Shown piece by piece: positions 10,525 to 21,363 of a stretch of 64,000 bases of DNA. The first letter of the stretch is position 1; every line of letters begins with the position of its first letter. The notes beneath the pieces are model-generated. The model was not told where the DNA came from and did no database searches. It saw nothing but the letters and a program-made list of their open reading frames with translations. The stretch is from an uncultured archaeon (GTDB taxonomy: Archaea > Thermoproteota > Bathyarchaeia > Bathyarchaeales > Bathycorpusculaceae): contig CAWALK010000020.1 in the NCBI GenBank assembly GCA_963782915.1, positions 128,001 to 192,000 on the forward strand. Direction: 5' to 3'. Both the position numbers and the translations under genes were made by a program.

Positions 10525-10592
10525 ATTGCGCGGATAGCGTTCATTTTTCCTTGAATCGGATTTTACGATTTAGTGACTACTTTCTGGGCAAT
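10525..10592 (+). promoter_or_regulatory. Conserved structured 5' leader of TFB paralogue 1 (TATA-like TATATTAA ~10494)
   Basis: ATTGCGCGGA pairs with TCTGGGCAAT; inner GAATCG/CGATTT hairpin; shared with 15414-15482. Confidence 0.6.
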
Positions 10593-10605
10593 TAATGGAG
10601 TAAAA

Positions 10606-11595
10606 ATGAGCAACCAAATTATTATAACCAAAGAAATTCCCAAAACGTCTAAGCGTTTAGTTGAAAATTGCCCTGAATGTTCAAGTAAAAATCTTGTTCA
10701 CGACTACGACACAGGCGAAACCATTTGTGGCGACTGTGGTCTTGTTGTGTACGAGCAAATGATGGATAAAGGACCCGAATGGCGAGCTTTCACTTCAGAA
10801 GAGAAAGCCTCACGAAGCCGAGTCGGTATGCCGACATCCTATTCCATTCATGATAAGGGATTATCCACAACCATCAGTCAAGTCGACCGAGATGCATTCG
10901 GAAGAAAACTTCCAGCATCTACAAGACTTCAAATGTGGCGTCTTAGGAAGTGGCAAATACGCAGTCGAGTGCACTCCTCCGTCGACCGAAACCTTTCTCA
11001 AGCCATGAGTGAACTTGACCGTTTATCCGGAAGAATTACGATTTCACCAGCAATAAAAGAAAGAGCCGCCCTTGTTTACCGCAAAGCACTGGACAAAGGC
11101 TTGGTTCGCGGAAGATCAATATCTGCCATTGCAGCTGCCTCGTTGTACGCTGCTTGCCGCAAAAGCGGATTACCTAAAACTCTTCGCGAAATCGCTGAAG
11201 CAAGCCTTGTTAATAAAAAAGATGTTTCACGATGCTATAGACTACTGCTTCAGGAACTCGATTTCCATATGCCAATCTCTAACCCGTTGACCTACGTTTC
11301 GAAAATTGCATTAAAAACAGGAATCACCGGCAGAACGCAGGGCGCAGCGATAACAATACTCGCTGAAGCTAAACGGAAAAGATTCTCATCAGGAAAAGAT
11401 CCGATGGGCATGGCTGCAGCCGCACTCTACATAGCTTGTCTACAGAATGGCGAGAAAATAACACAAAGCGACATCGCGGAAGCGTCCGGAGTCACCGAGG
11501 TTACTGTTAGAAACAGGTACAAGGCACTAAAGAACCAGTTAAAGCTAGAAATACCAGACAAAAAAACCGTCGCTCAGCTTATTTGCTCTCCTTAA
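10606..11595 (+). CDS. tfb: Transcription initiation factor IIB (TFB), paralogue 1
   Basis: Zn ribbon CPEC..CGDCG, GPEWRAF, two cyclin repeats, GVTEVTVRNRY; GGAG RBS before ATG 10606. Confidence 0.97.
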   Translation: MSNQIIITKEIPKTSKRLVENCPECSSKNLVHDYDTGETICGDCGLVVYEQMMDKGPEWRAFTSEEKASRSRVGMPTSYSIHDKGLSTTISQVDRDAFGRKLPASTRLQMWRLRKWQIRSRVHSSVDRNLSQAMSELDRLSGRITISPAIKERAALVYRKALDKGLVRGRSISAIAAASLYAACRKSGLPKTLREIAEASLVNKKDVSRCYRLLLQELDFHMPISNPLTYVSKIALKTGITGRTQGAAITILAEAKRKRFSSGKDPMGMAAAALYIACLQNGEKITQSDIAEASGVTEVTVRNRYKALKNQLKLEIPDKKTVAQLICSP

Positions 11596-11734
11596 TTTTT
11601 CCAGTCAGTTGCCAGTCACAGGGAACATTCTTTAAATCCCTTTAAACACCGCTCAGCAACAACATAGTTAGCTTCTTGTGCAAAAAACACAGGGCTTTTA
11701 TTAACCATTGAAGGGATTGTAGATTGACCCTAAA

Positions 11735-12973
11735 TTGCCAATAACCTACCTGTGCAGAAAATGCGCTAAAAACTACTCTAAAGAAGAGTATGCACAGAGC
11801 AAATTCTGCCAGTCATGCGGTTCTTTTCTGTTGCCGAATTTCAGTGTGCAAAAACAGGACCTACAATCGCAGTCAGAAGCCGCTAAATCTTTTCCGGAAA
11901 GGTCTGCTCTAAGTCGGGCAGCGGAGAGCCTTAGGCAAAGGGTCGGCGAATCAAAAGAGTACACGGTCGTTCCCGAAACCGCCAAAGAGGAACCAAAGAA
12001 ACCAGCGTTTGAGAGCTGGATGTGGAGCTCCGAATACGATGAAGCCCTAAAATTTGAAAAGAAACTCCTCGAACAATACAAGGGCAAAAGCCTCGAGGAA
12101 GCTATTCCCGGAAAAACGGTTTCAAACCAACAAGGCGAATGCTACACCATCTCAGCCTCTTGCGCATCAACTTTTAAATTGGCATCTTACGAAGAGAGCA
12201 GAGAACACCTCATCTCTGACCTAAAAGTCCTATCAGGAATCGGACCCGTCGGTGAACATGCACTAAAACGGCAAGGTTACGCCACAGTGCAGGATTTGGT
12301 GAGTCATCCCCGTTGGAATAAGCAAGCCAGCGACTTCATGAAAATGATAGATAAAAAAGAAGTTGATTCAACCCAGAAATGGCTTTGGCAACGCCTCCCA
12401 AAATCTCATCCGCTGCTTGCATTATTTAGCGGGGTTCTGCCCAGATGACAACTTCGCCATTGTGGACATTGAAACCTTGGGGCTCTCGGAAAGACCAATA
12501 ATCCTATTGGGCTATAGCAAAACCTTGCAAAGGTCAAGTTTGCACAAGCCAGTTCCTGTTACGGGACATTCAGGATGAACCCAGCGCAATTTGGGAAGTT
12601 AGTTTCGCAGTTGGAGCCTAACTTGTCGCTGATTACTTTTAACGGAAGAAGCTTCGACATTCCCTATATCAGGCAAAGGTTAGCTTACTACGGATTAGAC
12701 GCCAACTTGGACAACCCCCATTTCGACGTTCTCCACTTCACCAGAAGGGCACTGCGCAGCAAGCTGTCTGATTGCAAATTGGAAACCGTTGAAAAATACC
12801 TCGGCGTCAAACGAGACATCAACATCCCTGGCGCCTTAGTGCCTCATTTCTATGATACTTATCTAAGAACTAAAAATCCTGGACCACTTGTCCCCATAGT
12901 TGAGCACAACCGACAAGACCTATTAACACTTGGAACACTGTTCTCCAAACTCTATGAGGAATGGAACCTTTGA
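11735..12973 (+). CDS. YprB/MrfB-like RNase_H_2 exonuclease with N-terminal Zn ribbon and HhH; several frameshifts
   Basis: [41 protein letters not shown]. Confidence 0.85.
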
Positions 12974-15256
12974 TAGACGACTTTGTCCAAAGCATCAAAC
13001 GCTCTCGTTCTTACAAGAAACAAATCGTGCACATCGAGGAGGTTCCATCGCAAGAAGCCTGCTTTGGCGAATTGGAAAAGCACCTTCCAAAAAACATTGA
13101 ATCTTACTTGCTTAATCAAAAAATCAAGTTGTATTCCCACCAAGCCGAAGCCATAAACAAAGTCAGAGCAGGCAAAAACGTGGTAATTGTTACTCCGACT
13201 GCTTCAGGAAAAACCTTAGCGTTCAACATTCCAGTGATTGAAGCCCTCACAGTCGACAAGAAAGCAACGGCACTCTACCTTTATCCAACTAAAGCTCTAA
13301 CAAACGACCAACTAAAAGTCCTCAGGGAGCTTGAAGAGGAAACAGGCATTAACGCTTACTCTAACATCTACGACGGAGATACCCCTCAGCATCAAAGGGC
13401 AAGCATCCGTGAAAATTCCAAAATCATCTTAACCAACCCGTATGGGTTGCATCAGTATCTTCCATGGCACTACAAATGGCGAAGCTTTCTCCAGAACCTC
13501 AAATTCGTCGTAATCGATGAAGCCCACGTTTACCGTGGCGTCTTCGGCTCCAACGTAGCCATGCTGCTGAGGCGACTGATGAGAATATGCAATTACTACC
13601 ATGCAACCCCCCAAATCATACTTTCCTCGGCAACAATCGCTAATCCCGAAGAACATGCCACAGAGGTTAACGGGGAAAGACTTCGAAATATCTCAAACGA
13701 CGGTGCGCCAAGAGGAAAAAAATCCTTCCTCTTCTGGAACCCACCCTTCATAGACGCAACCAACACCATCCGCCGCTCCACCCATCAAGAAACCAAAGAC
13801 CTCCTAACACTCAGCATCACAAAAAACCTGCAAACCCTCTGTTTCACCACTTCCAGACAGATGGCTGAACTCATCACCAGATGGACCAAAGAAGAACTCA
13901 GAGCAAAATCGCCCAAACTACCCAACGCAGTTACAGCGTATAGGGCAGGTTATCTTCCGCAGGAACGGCGTGAAATAGAGAATCGCCTGAAAAACAAAGA
14001 CTTGATTGGTGTTGTTTCAACCAACGCTTTGGAATTGGGCATCGATATTGGCTCTTTGGATTCAGTGATAATTTCAGGTTACCCTGGAACCGTCATTTCC
14101 ACTTGGCAGCAAGCGGGGCGCGCAGGCAGAACCAACGCCGACTCACTCGTAACCTTGGTTGCTTTCCAAAACCCACTTGACCAATACTTCATGAAGCATC
14201 CAGACGACTTCTTCGGGCAGACCCCATGAGCAAGCCATAATTGATTTGCATAACCGCTACATTTCACTGGGGCACATCATGTGTGCAGCAAGCGAATTGC
14301 CCCTAATGGAGGATGACAAACAGTTTTTCCCCGAACTATTCACTGAAAGTATCCAAGCCCTCGAAGAACAACAATTAGTCCGCAAAACACCCCGAGGATA
14401 CGTCTATTCAGGCACGGCAAGACCCACCGAAGTGGTGAACCTCGAAAGCATCTCCCACCAAACCGTCACCGTCACTTGTAACGGCAACCTACTCGAAACC
14501 CTCACCTTAAACAAAGCCTATGAAGAAGCCCATGAAGGCGCTGTTCTGCTGCATCAAGGCGAAACCTACATCTCCGAAGAACTAAACCTCGACGACTTTA
14601 CCGTTAAAGTACGGCAAGAAAACGTCAACTACTACACAGAAGCACTAAAAACCGTTGACGTCGCCATAAAGAAAACCCTTGAAGAAAAACAGATCGGCGT
14701 CAAAATTGGATTGGGCGAGTTGCTCACCACAGAAACCTACCATACCTACGTAACCAAATCTTATGATGAAGTCATAAAACGGCAACCACTCAATCTGCCA
14801 TCATTGTCCTTCTCAACTGTGGGCTTATGGTTCATAGTTCCCGATAAACTCAGAGTGGAAATTGAAGCGCAAGGGCTCGATTTCGATGGCGGATTGCATG
14901 CGGTTGAGCATGCGATGATTGGGATGTCGCCTATTTTTGCGATGTGTGACCGATGGGACATTGGCGGCATGTCGACGCCTCTGCATCCAGACACGGGTGA
15001 AGCAACAATTTTCATCTACGATGGCTTCGAAGGCGGCATCGGAATCTCAGAAACCCTCTACGCAAACATAAAAGCGCTCTGGGAAAAAACATTGCAGTTA
15101 ATTGAGAACTGCGAATGCAGTGACGGCTGCCCCTCATGTATTTACTCGCCAAAATGTGGAAACGAAAACGAACCTTTAGATAAGAAAGCTGCAAGTATTA
15201 TCTTAAAGCATCTTTTGGGATTATGTGCAAACAATAAAAAACCAGTTAACCGCTAA
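12961..15256 (+). CDS. YprA/MrfA/Hrq1-like DEAH helicase with C-terminal DUF1998; frameshift near 14220
   Basis: [49 protein letters not shown]. Confidence 0.93.
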
Positions 15257-15413
15257 TCCCCTAATGATTTAGCAATATACCCACTGAACCGCATGCCTAG
15301 AAACACTAGGTGCATTATCGCCCGGTAAAGTCCACATAATAAGGATATCGCACCCGAAAATTACCACAAAAACATATCAAGTATAATAACTACCCCCGTT
15401 CATCTTAATATTA

Positions 15414-15482
15414 ATTGCGCGGATCACATTAGTTTTCTTACCTTAAATCGGGGATTTCACGATTTAGTGTCGTTCTGGGCAA
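15414..15482 (+). promoter_or_regulatory. Conserved structured 5' leader of TFB paralogue 2 (TATA-like TATAATAA ~15382)
   Basis: TTGCGCGGA/TCTGGGCAA stem, TAAATCG/CGATTTA hairpin, then GGAG RBS. Confidence 0.6.
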
Positions 15483-15505
15483 GTAAAAAGGAGTAAAAAA
15501 AGAAA

Positions 15506-16474
15506 ATGACAATAACCCAACCCAGCACAACTAAAGATGTCCCAAAAGCACCTCAGCGCTTAACAGAAAATTGCCCTGAATGTCAAAGCAAAAACCTTGT
15601 TCATGACTATGACAGCGGCGAAACTATCTGCGGCGACTGTGGTCTAGTTCTTTATGAGACAATGCTGGATAAAGGACCTGAATGGCGAGCTTTCACGCAA
15701 CAAGAGAAAACCTCAAGAAGCCGCGTGGGCATGCCAACATCATACTCAATCCATGATAAAGGATTATCCACAACCATCAGTCAAGTTGACAGAGATGCTT
15801 TCGGAAGAAAACTGCCTCTATCCACAAGACTGCAAATGTGGCGTCTAAGAAAATGGCAAATACGCAGCAGAGTACACTCATCCATCGACCGAAACCTCTC
15901 CCAAGCCATGAGCGAACTTGAACGCCTCTCAAGCCACGTATCCATTACACCATCAATCAAAGAAAAAGCAGCGCTTATCTACCGCAAAGCACTCGACAAA
16001 GGCTTAGTCCGAGGAAGATCAATAAACGCCATTACCGCAGCTTCACTTTACGCTGCTTGCCGCGAAAGCGGAACACCAAGAACACTCCGAGAAATCTCGG
16101 AAGCAAGCTTAGTCGACAAAAAAGACGTTGCACGATGCTACAGGCTACTCATACAAGAAATCCGCTTTACCATGCCAGTCGCCGACTCATTAACATACGT
16201 TTCAAAGATTGCACAGAAAAACGGAATATCAGGCAGAACACAAGGCGCAGCCATAACAATCCTCGCCGAAGCTAAACGGAAACGGTTTGCAGCAGGAAAA
16301 GACCCCATGGGCTTAGCTGCAGCAGCACTCTACATCGCTTGTCTACAGCAAAACGAAAAGATCACACAAAAAGACATCGCTGAAGCCGCAGGAGTCACCG
16401 AAGTTACAGTTAGAAACCGATACAAATCGCTAAAGAAGCAGCTGCACCTCGAAGTGCCAGACAAAAAAGCCTAA
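15506..16474 (+). CDS. tfb: Transcription initiation factor IIB (TFB), paralogue 2
   Basis: Same motifs as paralogue 1; highly similar protein. Confidence 0.97.
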   Translation: MTITQPSTTKDVPKAPQRLTENCPECQSKNLVHDYDSGETICGDCGLVLYETMLDKGPEWRAFTQQEKTSRSRVGMPTSYSIHDKGLSTTISQVDRDAFGRKLPLSTRLQMWRLRKWQIRSRVHSSIDRNLSQAMSELERLSSHVSITPSIKEKAALIYRKALDKGLVRGRSINAITAASLYAACRESGTPRTLREISEASLVDKKDVARCYRLLIQEIRFTMPVADSLTYVSKIAQKNGISGRTQGAAITILAEAKRKRFAAGKDPMGLAAAALYIACLQQNEKITQKDIAEAAGVTEVTVRNRYKSLKKQLHLEVPDKKA

Positions 16475-16602
16475 CCTCTCTTCTCCCAATATTTTCCAAA
16501 CAAACAATATCATAATTTTGTTTTTTAAAGCGCACACAATAGGCAAAGCAATATCTAAAAAGCATCACAATACTCTAAACACTAAAGACGGCTGACTCAA
16601 AA

Positions 16603-17158
16603 TTGGCGCTTGACTGTTATCTCCAAGGCAACATGATCCTAATAGACGCTTCAGGCTGGAGCGACCTCCTACTAGGCGTAGTCATCTGCGCAATAAAACC
16701 ACCCCACCAAATGGTCCTCGAACGCAAAATACCCGTCACATCCTTTCAGCCCCCGAACTTTTCAAACAAAAAATACCTCGCCGACGCCATAAAAATCGCC
16801 GACGAAATCGTCGCAGTCATGCAAGCCGACAGCGAAACCTGCTTCAAAGTCTGCACAGAATACGTACTCTCAGGAATAATCCCGCATTTACAGAAAAAAG
16901 GCTTCAGCGTCGAAAAAGTCGAATCAACAGGCACACTCAAAAAGCAAGTGGAAGACGCCTACATCCGCTGGTGCGTCGAGAAAGGGGTGCCTAAAGAAAT
17001 GCTTAAAGACGAAAACCGTTTTTGGGCTTTTCTGGAGTGGATAGCGCAGAATCCTCATCTGCGTGAGGGTCTTGGTGAAGACGGGTTGGGCAAGCTGGGA
17101 TGGGAAATGGCGCCAAGAAATCTATGAGAAACCTGAATCTTTCATTCGCAAGCGTTAG
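16603..17158 (+). CDS. Conserved hypothetical protein, possible RNase HII-like fold; C-terminal frameshift
   Basis: LIDASGWSDLLLGVV N-terminal motif; VKTGW tail lies in another frame. Confidence 0.45.
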
Positions 17159-17216
17159 TCTGGGTACAATAAATTGTTAAGGTAAAAAAAGAAAATGTTT
17201 TGGATTGCGTTTGCGT

Positions 17217-17306
17217 TTATTCTTCGTCTTCGCAGTCGTCGCAGTCGCAGTCTTCTTCAGTGCAGTCTTCTTCTTCCTCTTCGAAACCAAAAATGTTTTC
17301 TATCAT
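17217..17306 (-). CDS. 29-aa acidic Cys-rich micropeptide MIENIFGFEEEEEDCTEEDCDCDDCEDEE
   Basis: Manual translation; TTTTATAT about 30 nt upstream, AGGTT before ATG, T-tract downstream. Confidence 0.6.
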   Translation of the reverse strand: MIENIFGFEEEEEDCTEEDCDCDDCEDEE

Positions 17307-17429
17307 TTTCTAAAACCTAACGAAGGCATATAAAATAGAGTAAATAAACCCTCTTGTCATAGTCTAGTATTCTGCCCCGAAAAGTTCATAGAGCAAACAC
17401 ATAAAGACAGAGAAAAGGTGGCTGCCCAG

Positions 17430-19268
17430 CTATTTTTGGGAGCCCGATGATGGCAAATTTGAAGCTAAAACCTCTGCGCCCACCGCAACAAAGAGCCTAA
17501 AAGTATTCCACAACTTTTTAACAGTCAAATTATTCTTAAACAAGTACGCGGGAGTCTTGGCTAAGTTGGAAACTGAGGGTTTAGCCAGCCAATTCAAATC
17601 CACATCTAAATTCACAGTGGAATCGTCTACTCTTCCATAGCTTATCCGTACGTACTCAACGCTTTTGCTGGTTGTCTCAAAAACGAAACTCACGGTTGTA
17701 TCATCGAGGTTTAAGGTGCACTGTATCTTTTGGGCGCCGAGAATACGCAGGAACTTGGATATTTCTAGTGCTTCATGAATACCCACAGATCGAGTATAGG
17801 TTTCTACTCTGGGATCCACGTAGGCTTCAAGGAACGTTTTTATGTGCTGATCAAAATTGCCCTTCTGCAATTCATTCCCATTATTTGCCATGAATCCCAA
17901 GTTTAGGGTTCGCTCTTGAACGAAATCAACAACCGGCTTCTTTTTGAGAGTTCTCTTCTGAACCACCATCTCATGATCAATGAAGGTGTCTATGTTCCAG
18001 AACTTCGCCATGCAATACGTCGCTAATTCTTCAATCCGGCTTTTCGTTAGGTGATTTGTTTTGAAGACGGAGTGCATCTCGTCAAAGCTATCCCAGTTGG
18101 ATTCAAAAATTAGGCCTTGCTTGTCGAGTTCTGTGTAAAATTCTGTTCCCGGAAACGGCGTAGCTATACCAAACGCGGCAGCTGTTAAACCAATCTCTTT
18201 AGCATAGACGGGGAAAGTTTTGATTTCCTCTTCGGTTTGGTCGGGAAGACCGATGACAAAGGTGCCTCCGGCTCTGCCGCCGTTTTCACGGATATTTTTA
18301 ACGGCTTCCTTATGGTATTTTGTTGCGACTCCTTTCTTGGTTGACGCCAAATCTTTCGCGTTGGGGCTTTCAATGCCCATTTCGAATTTTGCGATGCCCA
18401 CTTGGCACATTTTCTTGACTATGCGTGGGTTATTAGCCATCATGTCTGCTCTGACTAAGGCGCCGAATTCTATGTTTAAATCGTGTTCCATTAGCAAGTC
18501 GCATAGGCGCTCAACCTGTCTTGCGTTGCCGATGAAGTTGGGGTCAGCAAACATTACACTTACTGGTTTGTTGTTGTGGAATTTGGCCATTTCAAGGATT
18601 TCTTGGATTACGTTTTCCGGTGATCGGCATCTTGAGCAGCCATCGCTCATGCTGGGTTCGCAGCAGAAACTGCATAATCCATGGCAGCCTCTGGACATCA
18701 TGAGTACGTCGCAGTCTGTGCTGCGGTCCGCGCTCTTGTAGGGGTACTGCCTTAGATGTCTGGCTGGGAAGGGGATGCTGTCTAAATCGGTGATTCGTGG
18801 GCGATTTTCGTTATGTATTATTTTTTCGTTTTTTCGGTATGAGCAGCCTAACACGTTTTCTGGAGTTCCAAGCTCTATTAATTCGCGGAAGGTTTGTTCG
18901 CCTTCGCCGCGAACAACCATATCAATCTGCGAGTGAGAAAGCATCAAATCGGGGACACTCGTGGGGTGATAGCCGCCTACAACTGTGGCTGCGCCGTTTT
19001 GTTTGGCAAGCTTAGCTAACTTCAGTGTTTGGTTATGTTCGGTAGCTGATAATGAGATGCCCACTAAATCGGGCTGGTAAAAATCGAGGCACTCCTTGAA
19101 AGTCCTGCGGTCAAGTTCCATGTCTACAATGTGGACTTCGTCAACAGCATCTTGGATGTATGATGCAATGTATTCTAAACCGAGGGGTATCAAATCGAAA
19201 GCAAAGCTCAATCCTTTCCGGCCAGCGGGTTTCACAAGCAAGATTTTCTTGTAGGGCACTCGAGACAC
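17430..19268 (-). CDS. Cobalamin-binding radical SAM protein with C-terminal extension
   Basis: PLGLEYIA, VGGYHPT, RGEGE (B12 domain); SRGCHGLCSFC; GIES, TPFPGT; start moved from 19592 to GTG 19268. Confidence 0.9.
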   Translation of the reverse strand: MSRVPYKKILLVKPAGRKGLSFAFDLIPLGLEYIASYIQDAVDEVHIVDMELDRRTFKECLDFYQPDLVGISLSATEHNQTLKLAKLAKQNGAATVVGGYHPTSVPDLMLSHSQIDMVVRGEGEQTFRELIELGTPENVLGCSYRKNEKIIHNENRPRITDLDSIPFPARHLRQYPYKSADRSTDCDVLMMSRGCHGLCSFCCEPSMSDGCSRCRSPENVIQEILEMAKFHNNKPVSVMFADPNFIGNARQVERLCDLLMEHDLNIEFGALVRADMMANNPRIVKKMCQVGIAKFEMGIESPNAKDLASTKKGVATKYHKEAVKNIRENGGRAGGTFVIGLPDQTEEEIKTFPVYAKEIGLTAAAFGIATPFPGTEFYTELDKQGLIFESNWDSFDEMHSVFKTNHLTKSRIEELATYCMAKFWNIDTFIDHEMVVQKRTLKKKPVVDFVQERTLNLGFMANNGNELQKGNFDQHIKTFLEAYVDPRVETYTRSVGIHEALEISKFLRILGAQKIQCTLNLDDTTVSFVFETTSKSVEYVRISYGRVDDSTVNLDVDLNWLAKPSVSNLAKTPAYLFKNNLTVKKLWNTFRLFVAVGAEVLASNLPSSGSQK

Positions 19269-19504
19269 CAAGTTAACCTTTTGGCTTAAGTGGTATCCGA
19301 TAAAAACCAATCGTTTGTCATTCGTATTTATCCATGGAGCAGTGTGGCTAGTGTATTGTGTTATAGTTGATGTTGTGGGTTTGGTTGGCTTTGACGTAAT
19401 TGCTTTTTTAAGGGTTAGATGAAGATTGGGTGTGCCTTGTTTTTCTAGTAGTAGATAATGGCAGGGAGCTCCCTTACTCTTCTTCTTCCCGCGGGCTTGG
19501 CTTG

Positions 19505-19567
19505 GCGTCTGTTTTGGTGTTGGGTTGCGGGGTGGGTTGCTGGCTGGTTGAGGAACAAACCACAAGC
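19505..19567 (+). repeat. Degenerate partial copy of dispersed element
   Basis: GCGTCTG...GTTGCTGGCTGGTTGAGGAACAAACCACAAGC versus copy B GTTGCAGGCTGGTTGTGGAGCAAACCGTAAGC. Confidence 0.55.
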
Positions 19568-19764
19568 TCCCACCCAAGAACATTTTTGCCAATATCCACC
19601 ATGTAAAATCCTGCCTTCAACTATATACACAGTAAAAGTCTTGAGAAGAGCAAAGGATATAGATGGCAATAAACGATTATCAAAGATAATAAATCGGGTG
19701 TGCAGGCAACTGCATCCATAAGCAATCGCTGATAAGGCTTCGTTCAGCGCAAAAGGCTTAAAAC

Positions 19765-21351
19765 ATGACCCAAACAACTCAAAATATCCAAACTCCAAAT
19801 TTAATCAAAATACTTGAAACTCAATTTAAAGAAAACAACTTGCAAATTCAGCTTGGCCAACTCGGCATAGCATCCATCCAAGCCAACGGCGGCATCCACA
19901 GAGAAATTATTAAAGCACTACTTGCCGCAGACCCCAAAACTGCCCTTGTAACCATTACCTGCCTCGACCTTGGCCAAAACTTAGGCGTATACTATCACAT
20001 GCGCACCTCCGAAGGCTACCTCACAATCAAAGCCGAAGTGCCCAAAGACAACCCAAAAATAGCAACAATAACCGACCTAATCCCAGGTGCAACCTTCACC
20101 GAACTCGAAGGAACCGACTTATTAGGCATAATCTATGAAGGCAACCCTTTAACGGGGCACTTTCTTCTGTCCGAGAATTGGCCCGAAGGCGTCTATCCTC
20201 TTAGAAAGGATGTTAAAGCAAACGAAATAAAACTCGAACCTTTACCGCCTAAAGAGGAACCCGAAGACCCTAACGTTTTCAAAATTATCATTGGCCCACA
20301 GCACCCTGCTCTGATAGAGCCAGAAAAACTTTCAGTAACAGTTGCAGGCGAAATCGTAACCAACGTTGAACCACGCCTCGGCTACGTTCATCGAGGCATA
20401 GAAAAAGCAACGGAATCCCGCAGCTATCTACGCGACATTTACTTGGTTGAACGAATATGTGGCATATGTAACGCCGTCCACGCAACCACTTTTGTTGAAT
20501 CAGTGGAAAAAATATTAAAAGTAGACATACCCCCAAGAGCCAAATACATACGAACAATAACTTTAGAATTAAACCGGCTCCACAGTCACCTTTTGACTTT
20601 GGGTCATGCATGCCTCGAAATGGGTTACGAGACACTCTTCCAGTTTCTGTGGCGTGACCGTGAACCAATAATGGACCTCATCGAATTAACAAGCGGAAAC
20701 CGAGTTTACTCCTCAACTATGGCTATTGGCGGCGTACGCAGGGACCTCAAAGAAACGGATTTCCCAAAAATCAAAGCAACCCTTGAAGACCTGCGAAAAA
20801 AGATGCCTGGTTTTAGAGAAACCTACCAAAACAGTCGGTCAATAAGGTTACGGTTGCAAGGGGTTGGGGTGCTTTCACGTGAGGACGCCTTGAAACTTTG
20901 TGTAGTGGGTCCTGTTGCGAGGGGTTCAGGCGTTGACTTTGACGTAAGAAAAGACGTGCCCTACGAAGCATACGGTGAAATCCCCTTCAACAAAGTAGTT
21001 TACACAGAAGGTGATGCATGGGCACGGATGAATGTGCGCATGGATGAAATCACCGAAAGCATTAACATAATCGAATATGCCCTTGACCATCTGCCTGCTG
21101 GACCAATAAAAGAGAAAACGCCCAGAATCGTTCCTGCGGGTGAAGCGATTTCTGCTACGGAAGCTCCAAGGGGCGAACTATTCTACTATGTTAGAAGCAA
21201 CGGAACCATGAATCCAGACCGCGTTAAAGTACGCACGCCAACATATGCGAACCTTCCATCGTTCCTCAAAACTGCTATCGGACAGAACCTTGCCGATTGC
21301 CCAGTGAACTTCGTAAGTTTGGATCCATGTTTCTCATGCACTGACAGATAA
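19765..21351 (+). CDS. Group 4 [NiFe]-hydrogenase large subunit fused to a NuoC-like domain
   Basis: YPLRKD, GPQHP, HRGIEK, ERICGIC (L1), DPCFSCTDR (L2, at the C-terminus). Confidence 0.93.
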   Translation: MTQTTQNIQTPNLIKILETQFKENNLQIQLGQLGIASIQANGGIHREIIKALLAADPKTALVTITCLDLGQNLGVYYHMRTSEGYLTIKAEVPKDNPKIATITDLIPGATFTELEGTDLLGIIYEGNPLTGHFLLSENWPEGVYPLRKDVKANEIKLEPLPPKEEPEDPNVFKIIIGPQHPALIEPEKLSVTVAGEIVTNVEPRLGYVHRGIEKATESRSYLRDIYLVERICGICNAVHATTFVESVEKILKVDIPPRAKYIRTITLELNRLHSHLLTLGHACLEMGYETLFQFLWRDREPIMDLIELTSGNRVYSSTMAIGGVRRDLKETDFPKIKATLEDLRKKMPGFRETYQNSRSIRLRLQGVGVLSREDALKLCVVGPVARGSGVDFDVRKDVPYEAYGEIPFNKVVYTEGDAWARMNVRMDEITESINIIEYALDHLPAGPIKEKTPRIVPAGEAISATEAPRGELFYYVRSNGTMNPDRVKVRTPTYANLPSFLKTAIGQNLADCPVNFVSLDPCFSCTDR

Positions 21352-21363
21352 AGACGTGATACT

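Noticed and set aside
19269-19592. 108-aa N-terminal extension of the radical SAM ORF, and ORFs 19445-19798 and 19458-19721
   Set aside because: Read-through of low-complexity intergenic DNA that contains a repeat copy; homology begins near 19268
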